A DNA stretch of 64,000 nt from the human T2T-CHM13v2.0 reference genome, Homo sapiens, in assembly GCF_009914755.1 (NCBI RefSeq), contig NC_060947.1; one strand, given 5' to 3'. Positions 15,021-28,029 of this stretch are shown piece by piece (position 1 is the first letter of the stretch; each line of letters opens with the position of its first letter). The translations under genes were made by a program, and so were the position numbers. The notes beneath the pieces are model-generated. The model ran no database searches. It saw only the letters and a program-made list of their open reading frames with translations, and had not been told where the DNA came from.

Positions 15021-15986
15021 CTTGAAGGTGAGGTTAATTAAGTCCTGTTGTGGGGTTTGAGGGCCAGATTCCAGTTTTTGGAGTTTTATTTAATGTCGGG
15101 AGCAGATTGGGTAATAAAATGTATATTGAGAATAAGACGGCCTTTTGACCTTTTAGGGTCTAGGGCTGTAAAGCGTCTCAGGGTTGTTGCCAAACGAGCC
15201 ATGAACTGGGCTGGATTTTTATATTTGATGAAAAAGAGCCTAAACGCTATGTGATTTGGGATAAAGAAAAAGGAGCATTAACCTTGACTATGCCTTTAGC
15301 TCCAGCCACCTTTTTAAGAGTAAATTGCTGGGCAGGTGGGGGAGGGCTAGTCATGGAATGAAACTGTAAGCTGGACCAGGTGTGAGGAGGGGAGGTGATG
15401 AAAAGATTATAGGGTGGAGGAGCAGAGGCTGAGGAAGAATTGGGACATAGCTCGGCCTGGCGAAGAGCAGCCTGGGGAGGAAGGGAGAGGTCAGATGGGT
15501 CTGTAGAAAAGGAAGATTAGAAAGACTCAGCGACGCTTGGGGTTGGTACTGAGGGGACAGGCAGGAGGGAAAGAAGGAAGATTTGGGACGAGTTGCACTG
15601 GGCACAGAGACTAGGAAGGGACTGATGTGTAAAAGAATGCCTGGATGTCAGGCACCTCAGACCATTTGCCTATTTTATGACAAGAATTATTTAGATTTTG
15701 CAGGATGGAAAAATTCAAAGTGCCATTTTCTGGCTATTTGGAACTACTGTCAAGTTTGTATTGGGTTCAAGCAGCATTGCAGAAGAAAATAAGGCATTTA
15801 GGTTTTAGGTCAGGTGTGAGTTGAAGAGGTTTTAAGTTTTTGAGAACACAGGCCAAGGGAGTAGAAGGAGGAATGGAGGGTGGAAGGTTGCCCATAGTGA
15901 AGGAAGCAAGCCTAGAGAAAAGAGAGAGTAGAGAAATGGAGGGAAGGGGTTCAGGGGGTTCTTACCTTCCAGAAAAGTGGGAAAAG

Positions 15987-16080
15987 GGGTTGGGGCACAG
16001 AGATAAGAGGTCGGGGTGTGGAAATAAGGGATTGGGGTGCAGAGATAAGAGGTTGGGGTGCAGAAATAAGGGATTGGGGG
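15987..16080. repeat. ~21-bp tandem repeat in HERV-H leader
   Basis: About four copies of GGGGTGCAGAGATAAGAGGTT-like units. A larger imperfect duplication follows at 16080-16250. Confidence 0.8.
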
Positions 16081-16651
16081 TTCTTGCCCCCTAGAAAAGC
16101 GGGACTTGCTGCTAAGGGTGAAGGAGAAGGGGTTGAGGGGTACTTGCCCCTCTCCCAGAAAAGCAGAGAAGGGGTAGAGACAAGGAGAGAAGGGGTTGAG
16201 GTACTTGCCCCTTCCCCAGAAAAGCGGGACTTGCTGCTAAGGGTGAAGGACCAAGGCAGGCGTCCCTGTGTGGTCTGACACCCTTGAAACGTGGGTGTAT
16301 AATCAGAGAGGCGTCCCTGCAATGATTAAACACCAAGGGAAGACTGCCTTCCCAGTCCGTGACCGGCACTGGAGTTTTGGGTCCACGGATAAAATGTGTC
16401 TCCTTTGTCTCTCCCAGAAAATGAAAGGAATTGAAATTAAGAGAAGGGAGAGATTGAAGAGTGGAAAGGAGAAAGTGGTTGAGGGACAGAGAGGTTGGAG
16501 AAGAAAGTAAGAAGAGGCCGCTTACCTGATTTAAAATTGGTGAGATGTTCCTTGGGCTGGTCGGTCTGAGGACCTGAGGTCATAGGTGGATCTTTCTCAC
16601 GGAGCAAAGAACAGGAGTACAGGTGATTGATCTCCCAAGGGAGGTCCCCCG

Positions 16652-16669
16652 ATCCGAGTCACGGTACCA
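16652..16669 (-). other. Primer binding site, tRNA-His
   Basis: TGGTACCGTGACTCGGAT vs canonical TGGTGCCGTGACTCGGAT (1 mismatch), directly after the 5' LTR. Confidence 0.95.
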
Positions 16670-16671
16670 AA

Positions 16672-17124
16672 TTTCATGCGCGTCCGTGTGAAGAGACCAC
16701 CAAACAGGCTTTGTGTGAGCAACATGGCTGTTTATTTCACCTGGGTGCAGGCGGGCTGAGTCCGAAAAGAGAGTCAGTGAAGGAAGATAGGGGTGGGGCC
16801 GTTTTATAGGATTTGGGTAGGTAAAGGAAAATTACAGTCAAAGGGGGGTTGTTCTCTGGCGGGCAGGAGTGGGGGTCACAAGGTGCTCAGTGGGGGTGCT
16901 TTTTGAGCCAGGATGAGCCAGGAAAAGGACTTTCACAAGGTAATGTTATCACTTAAGGCAAGGACCGGCCATTTACACTTCTTTTGTGGTGGAATGTCAT
17001 CAGTTAAGGTGGGGCAAGGCATATTCACTTCTTTTGTGATTCTTCAGTTACTTCAGGCCATCTGGGCGTATATGTGCAAGTCACAGGGGATGCGATGGCT
17101 TGGCTTGGGCTCAGAGGCCTGACA
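16672..17124 (-). promoter_or_regulatory. HERV-H 5' LTR (LTR7) promoter
   Basis: Reverse starts TGTCAGGCCTCTGAGCCCAAGCC. TATAAAA at 16802-16808; ACAAAAGA at 17030-17037 and 16980-16987; splice donor CAG|GTAAGC downstream at 16526/16525. Confidence 0.95.
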
Positions 17125-17936
17125 TAGTTTAACCTGTAAGTAGTTCTTTTTGGAATTTAAATTATTCTGAGACAGACATTATCTTGTGAAGGGATATTTT
17201 CAGGTGTGGTTACATTCTTGGTCTTTTTTTTTCTGCATTGATAATGAGATAACAGGGAAGGAAAGAAAAGACAATTGTTCACCTTAGTAGGTCCAGCCTT
17301 TAGTCAAATAAAGGAACTTCAGATAACAACTTCATTCTAGTCTAAGGGAGAGAGGCATGGGGTTGGGGGATCAGGGACGATCAGAAAGACCTTGAGGATT
17401 CTTTTTCAATTCAGCATGTACAAAGTGCCATATTTTGGGGTATTGATTTCTGAGCCCCAACACCTTACCAATTATATAAGAATAAAAATCTGTCTTGTGT
17501 ATTGTCCAGCCATTGCCAATTACTTTGTAGGTCCACAACAGGGAATATTTTGTAGTTTTGTTAGGTATAAATTTGAATTATATTTGTCCTTCATTGTATG
17601 CATGAGGGAGTAAGTAACTTAGTGAGTGAGCCTAGTTATACCTACACACAGATATTACAGTGAGATGTTATTTTCAATTTGCACCTTGCTCTTCATAAGT
17701 CTTTTTGTTGTTTTGAATTTGGAGATTGTCAAGAATGTCACTGGTCTGCTCTATAGTTACATACCTGTAACATGAAAACCTGCTGACTCAGTAGGTACTT
17801 TTTGATCTTGGATATTTAAGTGCATTAGAGTGAGTCATGATAATACTAGAGATGATGCAGGTAGAGTGGATACTGATCCTGTTTTGGGATTTTTGGGGGC
17901 ATTGATCAATCTGTCAAAAGTTTTAATAATCCTCAT

Positions 17937-18736
17937 TGTCAACAAAAGGAGTCAAACTATGTAAAATATTTGAAGAAATTTATTCTGAGCCAAATATGAG
18001 TGACCATGGCCTGTGACACAGCCCTCAGATGGTCCTGAGAACATGTGCCCAAGGTGGTCAGGGTGCAGCTTGGTTTTATACATTTTAGGGAGGCATGAGA
18101 CATCAATCAAATATATTTAAGAAATACATTAGTTTGGTCCAGAAACGTGGGACAATTCGAAGCAGGAGTTGGTGTGTGTTGGTGGGGCGGGGGAGTGGGG
18201 GAGCTATTTACTAGGCTACAGGTAAATTTAAACTTTCTCTGGTTCACAATTGGTTGAGTTTATCTGCAGACCTGGGATCATAGAAAGGAAATGTTCAGGT
18301 TAAGAGGAAAGATTGTGGAGACCAAGGTTCTTTTTAAGTCTTATAGTGGCTACCCTTAGAGATAATAGATGACAAATGTTTTCTATTTAGTTCTTTAAAA
18401 GGTGCTAGACTTTTAATCTCTTTGGGATTGGGAGGGTCTAGAAGAAAAAAGTGTAGCTATGTTAATAGAGATTCTTTACAGATGCAAATTTTCCTTCACA
18501 AAGGACAGCTTTGCAGGGCCATTTCAAGATATAGCAAACAAACATGTTTTGGGGTAAAATATTTTGATTTTCTTCGTTGTCTCCTAATGTTATGCCAGAG
18601 TCAGGTTGGAAAGTAAGTCATGATATATAGGGTTAAATAAAACCCATCTGATGAGAATTTGATTTGTAGGGCATGACTCCCCAGACTCCTTAGATAGGAA
18701 TTTGGACAAGATAAGAATATCAGAGTTTAGTCCTCA
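17937..18736 (-). mobile_element. ERV1 solo LTR (MER4E-like)
   Basis: Ends ATCAGAGTTTAGTCCTCA (reverse TGAGGACTAAACTCTGAT) and shares the MER4 3' block with 8817-9015. Flanks TCAT/TCAG. Confidence 0.85.
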
Positions 18737-21700
18737 TCAGTAAAGCCTTCACTTAACTTTTCACGCTCTTTCTCATGCAAGCAGAACATAATAGATATAA
18801 ATGTGCAATTACTTGAAACATTCTGGTTACGTTAGCTTTTCAGTAGTCTTAACTTGAATAATATATAAATTAATCCCAGGAGGAAAACTTAAATGTGATT
18901 TTAGATACTTGGTGTGGACCAGTTAAAAAAAAAAAAAAGTAGGAATTCAAAACCCATTGAAATTCTAATAACACATTATTCCCTATTTGATTCTCTTTAC
19001 CTAAAATGACTCACAAGGCATTTGTTTATTATAAAAATTGTTCTTGTTTTAGAAATTTTGGAAACATAAAAATCTATAAAGAAAAAACTACAAATATGCC
19101 ATAATCTCACTTTATTTTCCTATGTTCTTATTCTTTTACAGAATTGACATTGAACTCCATATGAAATGTTGTGTCTTGTTTTTTTTTAATATGTTAATTT
19201 TTAAAAAAATGACAGGTCAAATAAATTGTTAGCATTTAGAGAATTTTGTTATTAAACTACATGGGATATTGCAATATAAGGGAGGGAACTCATAAAGCAA
19301 GAGCATGGATGAGGAAATAAGATGTCAGAGCTTTGGATTTAGAACTTACTTTTAGGAGTTTTGAAAACATGTAATTGTTTTATATTTCATTGTCAGAGGA
19401 GCTATAGGATTAGAAAAGAACCTGAGTTTATCTAGACCAAAGTGTCTCAACTTTTCTTATAAAGACCCTTATTTTTAAATCCTATTTCATTCTATTTGAT
19501 TCTATTCTATTTGTAGAGCAAAAGATTAGAATTTGCCCCTGGCTTCATAGATGACTTATAATAACTTCTCAGTTCCTAGAAATCTACCATTTACAGGTTT
19601 GTAACCAAATGTCTAGGAGTTTCTCCCTGTACCAGCAAGCAGAACTGCCCTTTTTCTAACCTACAAAAAAAGGCAAGTAAATAGATATTATTAATATTAT
19701 TAAGGAAAAAATTCAGGCTAAATTATCAAGTGATCTATTTTCCAGCATCATTAGGTTTGTCTTTCTGATTAGATATGGATCTCACTGAACAACAAATATG
19801 AAACAAAAACTCTATGAATAAGGAGCAGTTTGTTCAGTCATCTATTTGCACATTTAGAAGACAAAGTAACCATTAGAAATGTGTTAATTGTTATGCATTT
19901 ACTATATGCTTAGAACTCTTCTAAATGCTACATGAGAAGAAAATAAAACAAAGATAATGTTCCTCATTTATTGACTTCTTAACTCTAAATCCCTAAATCA
20001 ATTTAAGTAACATTACTCATTTTACAAAAAGTGATAATGGTGCCCTTCATACATTTACTTTTTTTTTTTTTTTTTAAATGCCAGACTGCACCTGTCCTAG
20101 GGTAAAGTAAAATGCAAAGTGTATCTATCCTAGATTTGTAGATTTGGCCAACCAGGGAAAATCTTATTCAGGGGCAGAAGGTCAGGAGGGCGTTTCCTTG
20201 TAATCACCATATCCCCTAACTGCTATATATATATAGACGTTCCTAAGAAATGGACGTCGTTAAATCACAAATGCTTCCAGGGGAAGAGCCACAGTAATTC
20301 TCATATTTGTTTGTTAGGTTTTTTTTTTTTTTCAACGTCGGTTTCATAAAGGGAATGAAGACTTTGATTTCCCTAACTGGAGATATTCACCTGCTTTAGA
20401 AGTGTGCTGTTACCATTGCAGTTCTAGCTAATGCCTCCTGAAACTTCCTGGAAATAGCTACAGGGACTGATCACATTTTCCAAAATTTAATTTTGTTTGT
20501 ACTTTTGGTTGGTAGGTTTCAAACTGAAAGGGGAAGCCCAGCCAAGAGACTAATTTTAAAAAGGCCTAATGAAATCCAAGTTTTCCAATACATCATCTGT
20601 AAGAATATATTTTTTTTAATTAAAATGTTAAGTGAAGAGTTTTTCTTATTCAAAGCGGTTAATTATTGCAAGGTAAAATGCATCAATTACAATATAGTGG
20701 TAGAGAAAAATAACAAAACAATCCTGAATTTATAAATTGAGTTAGGGATTAATAGATTGGATGAGTATTTCTAACACCTATTATTGAGTTTTTGTATTCA
20801 TTGCATGGACCCATTGCTCATTGGGGTCTGTGAGAATGTATACTAAAAAGACAAAGAGATGGTTCCTGCCATCTATAACAGGTTTTTTCTCACTTGATCT
20901 CATTCTTACAATGCACATTTTCCTATGTCTAAATAAAACGCTGATTTCTATTTAAATCTGTGTTTGTACATTATCCACCTGCTATCATGCTCTTTCAAGT
21001 CATTCACCTCCTGTCTCCCAGGCTCTTTAAGAACATTTTGGGAAGTGGTATTTAAACTCCCCTTTCTTGCTCTCTTTTTACTTTACTACCATTAATTCTC
21101 ACAACTCACAACTTTAGTATTCGAAGAAGAAGATAATGTAGCCTTCGAATTTGACTCATTTGACCATCATTTCACCCCATAATCCATATTTACTCTGATG
21201 TAGCTTGTACTTCTTCCAACCAGGCTTTCCCGAAGGGACAGCTGGTTGGCATTCATCAGTGCTTATTGGCTACCTAATGAAAAGCTGTATTTAATTATCG
21301 ATTTATCAGGTTGATGAGGGAGGGATTTTTGTCCTAAGTTTATGAGTATGCACAAATACACTGCACTCAACACTGAAAAAATGAGATTGACAGCAATCAT
21401 TAGTCACATATACTCACAGCCCAGGGAAGGAGGACACTGCACACCACAGAGTCACACAGGGGTTGTGCTCAAGAATAGAGTGAACAACCATGGGTTGTGG
21501 AAATCAGGTTTTGCAGTATTAAGAGGGAGGATCCTCCCACAGGATGATGTTCTTGGCTTATTTGAAAAACTGCAGGCTGACAGAGAACCGAAACACACTA
21601 CTCAGGGATCAGAGGAACAGTGCCTAGTCTCTTTGATAAGGGAGAAGGGGTTGCTTGGCTAAAGGACCTTATCTGAGAAAACAGAGTGAGAAGAGGAACA

Positions 21701-22232
21701 TGTGGTTAAGCATATGAGGCCCTCCCAGTTTTGCTAGACGTCAAGGCAGCACATAATATTGAACCATAATTTTAGGCCTTATACCACAATTGACCCCTCA
21801 ATGCCTAGACATCAATTTAAACCTTAGTAATGACTGGGACTCCTAGGGAGTAGGACAAATATCTTCTGAGGAAGTAAAGTAGGCCCTTGACAAAGAGGTA
21901 GAAGAGGTAGTAAAAACCTTGAACCTTATTCGTGTATTCTTTAGTAGACAATAAAGGCAATTGAGGAAACTGTGGCATTGGTGTAGGGAGTGCATGTTCC
22001 CATGTATTTAGGCTAATCAATGCCTGTGGCAATAGTGACACCCAGACGTGGATACATTTGCCACTTTGTAACTTAAATAAGTGTTGTTTGAGAAGCTGAT
22101 TATTCTTCAGTTAAGCCAGTTTCCTGGGGCCTATAGGGAAGGTAGATGTTCCATTGAATGTGTTTTTCTAGATCCCAGCATGTGTGTTATAAGAAGTAAA
22201 ATGAGTGCCTTGGTAACTATTAATAATGCCTG

Positions 22233-22642
<410 letters not shown>

Positions 22643-23248
22643 TTATATTTTGGGCATCTGTGAGGCAAGAGCTTCTTTATTCCAAAGGGGAAAACTCTTA
22701 GGCAATGGCCCAAGAGTTTATAAAAAAATTACAGGTGGGCCCATTTGCTGAACAGAGCATCCAGTGCTAAGGTGACGGAAGTGTGGCCAATTGTGCTGAT
22801 CATTGGGTTTGGTCCTCCATCAGAAATGGCCCGGTTAAGAGATGAAAAGGCAGAAACTCTCTATGAAGATCTGTCATCTATATGGTGGCAATATTGTCCA
22901 TAAAGTGTATGAACTTCCATTGTTGTTCACTCAGTTGATCCCAAGGGAGTCTCCAAGCAGTAAAGGGGCTTGGGAGAGAAATGACCTCTTTTAGCACCAT
23001 GACATTTGGCAAAGGACTTATCAGTCCCCCTGTGGGTGAGGCCACCTTCTCCTGCAAGTGGGACATACCATAGGGCCCAGGTTTTGCTCCATTCTGTAGC
23101 AAGAAGGCCTTGGTAACCAAGTCAAGCTTTCATGATATTGCTTTTATAGCCCAAGGTATAATTGATAGCTTAGCATGAAGGGTCATAAGTTCAGGGTCTG
23201 TGAAAGTCTCTGTTTTTAAAAGAGATCAGCAGGTGGCCAGCAATTGTT

Positions 23249-24005
<757 letters not shown>

Positions 24006-24522
24006 CTGTTCTAGTGTAGTGCGTGGTCATGGAGGGCAATTTCTTGCATCAGAAGTCTATGGGCAACTTGTGGTTATCATGGTTGGTCCAGAGACTTTAG
24101 AAGACATGAGAGGAGGCTGTTAAAGCCTCTAAAATGAGAGAATCACAGGGCCATTAATAGAAATGTCTGTTGTATGGGAATTTGGACAGATTCTAGAGCC
24201 TTTATTGGAGAGGGTGTCATTCATATTGGGCTGATATGCAAGTAACAACATAAGTGAGATTAAATGCGATTTTAAAATGAGGAAAACGTTGCCTGCAGAA
24301 CCTCAAAGGCCTAAAAAATGTTGGTCTTGTTTTAACATTGAGGGTATTGAAAGGGTCAATAGTTGTTTCCTGACAGTGTCAGGGATGGAGCAGCCCTTGG
24401 TTTACCAAATAATGTTTAGTTATTTAACCAAGGCAGTGTGGCCCTTGCACTATGTAGAGGACAATGGCCCATCTCTTTTTTGTGGACTTATTTGTAAGCC
24501 CTGAATAAGTGTATCAAACACA

Positions 24523-24760
24523 TTTTTTCTTCAGAGGATGTTATGTATGTAATGTTATACCTGTGTCATTGGAGGAAGGTGGATGTAGTTAAGATATTGC
24601 CTGTAAAGGCAGTAGGTGATGGTAAAGCTACTGAGGTATCCCATGGACATTTAAGTATCATTTCCCTTTGGATATGAAGGCAAATTATGAGCAAAAGACT
24701 GTTGAAAGAGGTACTAATCAGAACATATTGGCCAAATATAATCACAAAATGTATACCAGT
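24523..24760 (-). pseudogene. ERVL reverse transcriptase remnant
   Basis: Hand translation gives LANMF*LVPLS..S*FAFISKGK*Y (DLANAFFSIP..QFAF) and HYIHNIL (decayed YIDD) near 24533-24556; multiple stops. Confidence 0.75.
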
Positions 24761-25721
24761 TGATGACTGGACGGATTTAGCAATTTTGGTAATATTAAGT
24801 ATCACATGTGGAGGCATTAGTGGATGTGACCACAGCTTGAAGGTTTTGGTAATCCACTGTAAAGAACCACTCATTTTAAGTTTAAGAATAGGCAGTTGGG
24901 AAGTTAAGAAGAGAAATAGTTGGAATAATCATCCCTTCACTAAATACAATAGGTCTTGTATAGTAGATTTTGATCCTTGAAGGCCCTGTTTTAATTTATA
25001 TTGGGCCATATTAACTATTGTAATTGAGGATATGGTCCATGGAGTCCCATTTTTTTAAGCCAATTTGTGCCAAAGACTTAATTTAGTTTTAGTTTATTTC
25101 TCATTGTGTCAGAATGTCTGTGCCCACTATGAATTTGTCCCAAAATGAGGCCAATGGGTGCTATGATGATGGGGAATTTAGGCAAATCACTAGCTTCAAT
25201 GGTTAAAGAGAAGCATATCTGTTTTCTGTTTTATATTCCATAATTTCCCTAAGATTATGGGTGGGGTGGCATATTCAAATTTAGTGAGATCTATGGGTAT
25301 AACTAATCTGAACTCCAGTATTGATTAAGGCAATTAAGCCTTGGCAATTGGTGTACTGCAGCAGATATTACAGTTAATTCAGAACCTATGTTGCATAGGT
25401 GTAAAAGCCAATTAGCACTCTTATTTTCACTGTATAAACTTTTGTGGTACATTTTGAACTTCTAATTGGGTCAACTTGTGGACATTTATTTCAGTTCTAT
25501 ATTTTATCCCCTGTATTCTGGTTTCTTTCTTTATTTCCTATTCCTTGCATCATCCCCTCACCCTCACCCCGCACCACCTATGCACATTGATTATACTTCA
25601 GGAAGTGTCTCCTCTATTCTGCCTTTATTTATAAATTTCTTTCTCCAGAGAGCCTCAAATCAATATTGTCAGGGTTAGGGGTCTTCCCCATGTCAATAGT
25701 TGTTTCATGGGGTTTACGAGG

Positions 25722-25779
25722 CCCATGCTTGAGTCAGGTTGGAGTTAAACTCTTTATTCAAACCTGACTCAAGCTTGGG
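25722..25779. repeat. Inverted repeat (19-bp arms, 1 mismatch)
   Basis: CCCATGCTTGAGTCAGGTT (25722-25740) / AACCTGACTCAAGCTTGGG (25761-25779). Confidence 0.9.
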
Positions 25780-28029
25780 ATATTTAAGCCTTATAAAGCA
25801 ACTATTAACATGGGGAAGGTTTGAGTTAAGCTCTTTACTTTACAATGGTGCAGTGGGTATTTTCTCCTATAAACCCTGAGTATCAGGAACTTTGTTGTTA
25901 TAGAGCCATAGGTGGCAGCAGCAGAGGTATTTAAAGATCCTGGTGAGTTGTCTGCTATTAAGAGTGTGGACTTCAGCATACTAATTTACCTCCTTTTCTC
26001 TCTGTAAAAATTTCTTCAGACTGTTTTGGATTTTTAGCCACATGAAGTGACAGCTTTCAGTTTCTGTCTCCATCTAATCACCCATAGTGCAGACTTTCTG
26101 ATTGGTTACAGGGAAAAGTTCGAGCGCAGTGGCTCACATCATAGGCTGCCTACTCCTTCTCCTTCAAGGAGTGTCTGTCAATCTTCCCAAGGTGAGGGTC
26201 CACATCCAGTAATTTTATCTATGGCCTAGGTGGGAGTCATCAAGCCTCGTGATCACAATATTAATGCTTTAGCATGCTGGTAAGCAGCAGTGCTAAGCAA
26301 AGTCCAGCCATATTGGCTAGGTGTTTTTCATTGGGAGAGTAATTAAGTTACCTTGCTTAGTGTTTTTGAAGGCGCTGGTACCAAATACTTCTCCTTTACT
26401 TTTGTCATCAATGCCTGGGCAATGAACTGCCATGAATGTTCACCGTGATATCTTTGAGGGTCAGGAGAGCAGCAAGAGAAGCAGCAGCACAGGAGATGGG
26501 TAAGGCTGCCTCTTTGCTTGAGCAACAAAAACTGTTGTTAGGCAACTGGGATGCCATAGTTAATTGTACCCTGGGATGGTAGTCTTCTTCTTTTCCACTA
26601 ACCTCACAACGGGCCATTCTCAGGTCCATTGTAAGGATGCGCAATGACAAACAATGTCTATATAGTGGTGGTCATGGGGCTAGACACAGTGCTCAGAAAG
26701 CTCTAACCTGTCTATTGGTAAGCAGGACTCAAGCACTGACTGGTTGAGACATGGAACTGTCAATGATTTTACATGCAAGGGCCTCAGAGACCATGTGTCA
26801 AACACAGGCTAAATCCCATAATATGTCATGTTGGGATATAGTCAACTAATAGTAATTTTTATCTTGGGGACACAAGAGCTTTGTAGGGTAGAAAGAAAGA
26901 GCAACATCCAACAAATACAACAAAGTGCTGCTTATGCAAAAGTGCAAGCCCACCAGCAGTTGGCAATTTCATCCCAGGTGGTCTTTACCATATCATGGAG
27001 CCAGTTAGACAAAAAAACTTTGGTAAAGCTGACCAGGTGTCCCTGGTCATAGTTGGGCCATTCTGTTGATGATGACAATTGTTTCGGTTGTTTTCTATTC
27101 ACCCCTTTGATGACAGAGGGCTACTTGTCTTATAGTTCAGAGAATTGCCAAACACATAACAACAGAAGCAGGGCAGATGAGATTAACAGCAGTTTAATAA
27201 TGACATATACTCACTGCCCCAGGGAGGAGGGCATAGCATGCTGTGCAGGGTTACAGTGGGGGTTGCACTTAGGAAGAGTGAAAAAGCATGGGCTATGGGA
27301 GGCAGGCTTTGTATAATAGCATCAAGATTGTGACATGATCCTTAGTACCTTCAGGAAAATGTGATTGTCATGTTTGAATAGTTACACAAGCTGTCAGTGA
27401 ACTGAAACTGACTATTCAGAGATAAGTAGAAACTGTACCTGGTCCATTTGATAAGGAGGGTTGTTTAGCTTGGAGGCCTTAATTGTGGGAGAAGAGTTGG
27501 GAGAGGAAGTTGCATTTGAGTCACTTGAAGCTGTCCAAGTTTCACCAGATGTCAAGGCAGCACATAATATCAGGCCTCAGTGTTAGGCCTTATACTACGT
27601 GGTGTAAGCAACCAAAGTTGGCAATGGAAAGAGAAAAGGTGAACTAAGGAACTGTGAAAGGAGACTATTGACCTGAGAATTGACTTGGTGGGCAGTTAAA
27701 GGCCTGTGCTCAACAATACTCTTGTGGGTATTAACTAAACTTCATTTGTCCTATCCAGGCAGGCATTTGGGCTGGTTGTGGAGTTAGATACAACTGTCCT
27801 CCTTTCGCTGGACCAACTGTGGGCATTAAATTAAGTGGGCTCAGAAATACATCATTCAGTCATGAAATTGACATTGATAGCCCAGCACCTAATCTAATAG
27901 GGACACTGAATTAAATGAATTGGTCTTTTAAGGAATTAAGTTTCGGTATCCACTCATTTGGGTACCACTTTTTTTTGCAACTTGCTCTCCCTGGCATAAT
28001 GTCCATAATCGGTAACCCATATCTAAATT

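Larger units (their letters stand above)
11409..17124 (-). mobile_element. HERV-H provirus (common internally deleted ~5.7-kb form) with two LTR7
   Basis: Two ~453-bp LTRs, His-tRNA PBS, PPT, gag zinc knuckle, protease and RT remnants; env largely deleted. Confidence 0.97.
11118..17462 (-). mobile_element. MER39-like solo LTR split by HERV-H (pieces 11118-11408 and 17125-17462)
   Basis: Right piece ends GCCATATTTTGGGGTATTGATTTCTGAGCCCCAACA (reverse of the MER39 start). Left piece begins TGTTGGGGCCAAGGGAAAACTTC. The pieces join as GAACAGAGTT|TAACCTGTAAG. Confidence 0.8.

Noticed and set aside
8817-18736. The two MER4 LTRs as ends of one provirus
   Set aside because: They have different 5' halves (MER4B/D-like vs MER4E-like), separate TSD-like flanks and no MER4 interior between them.
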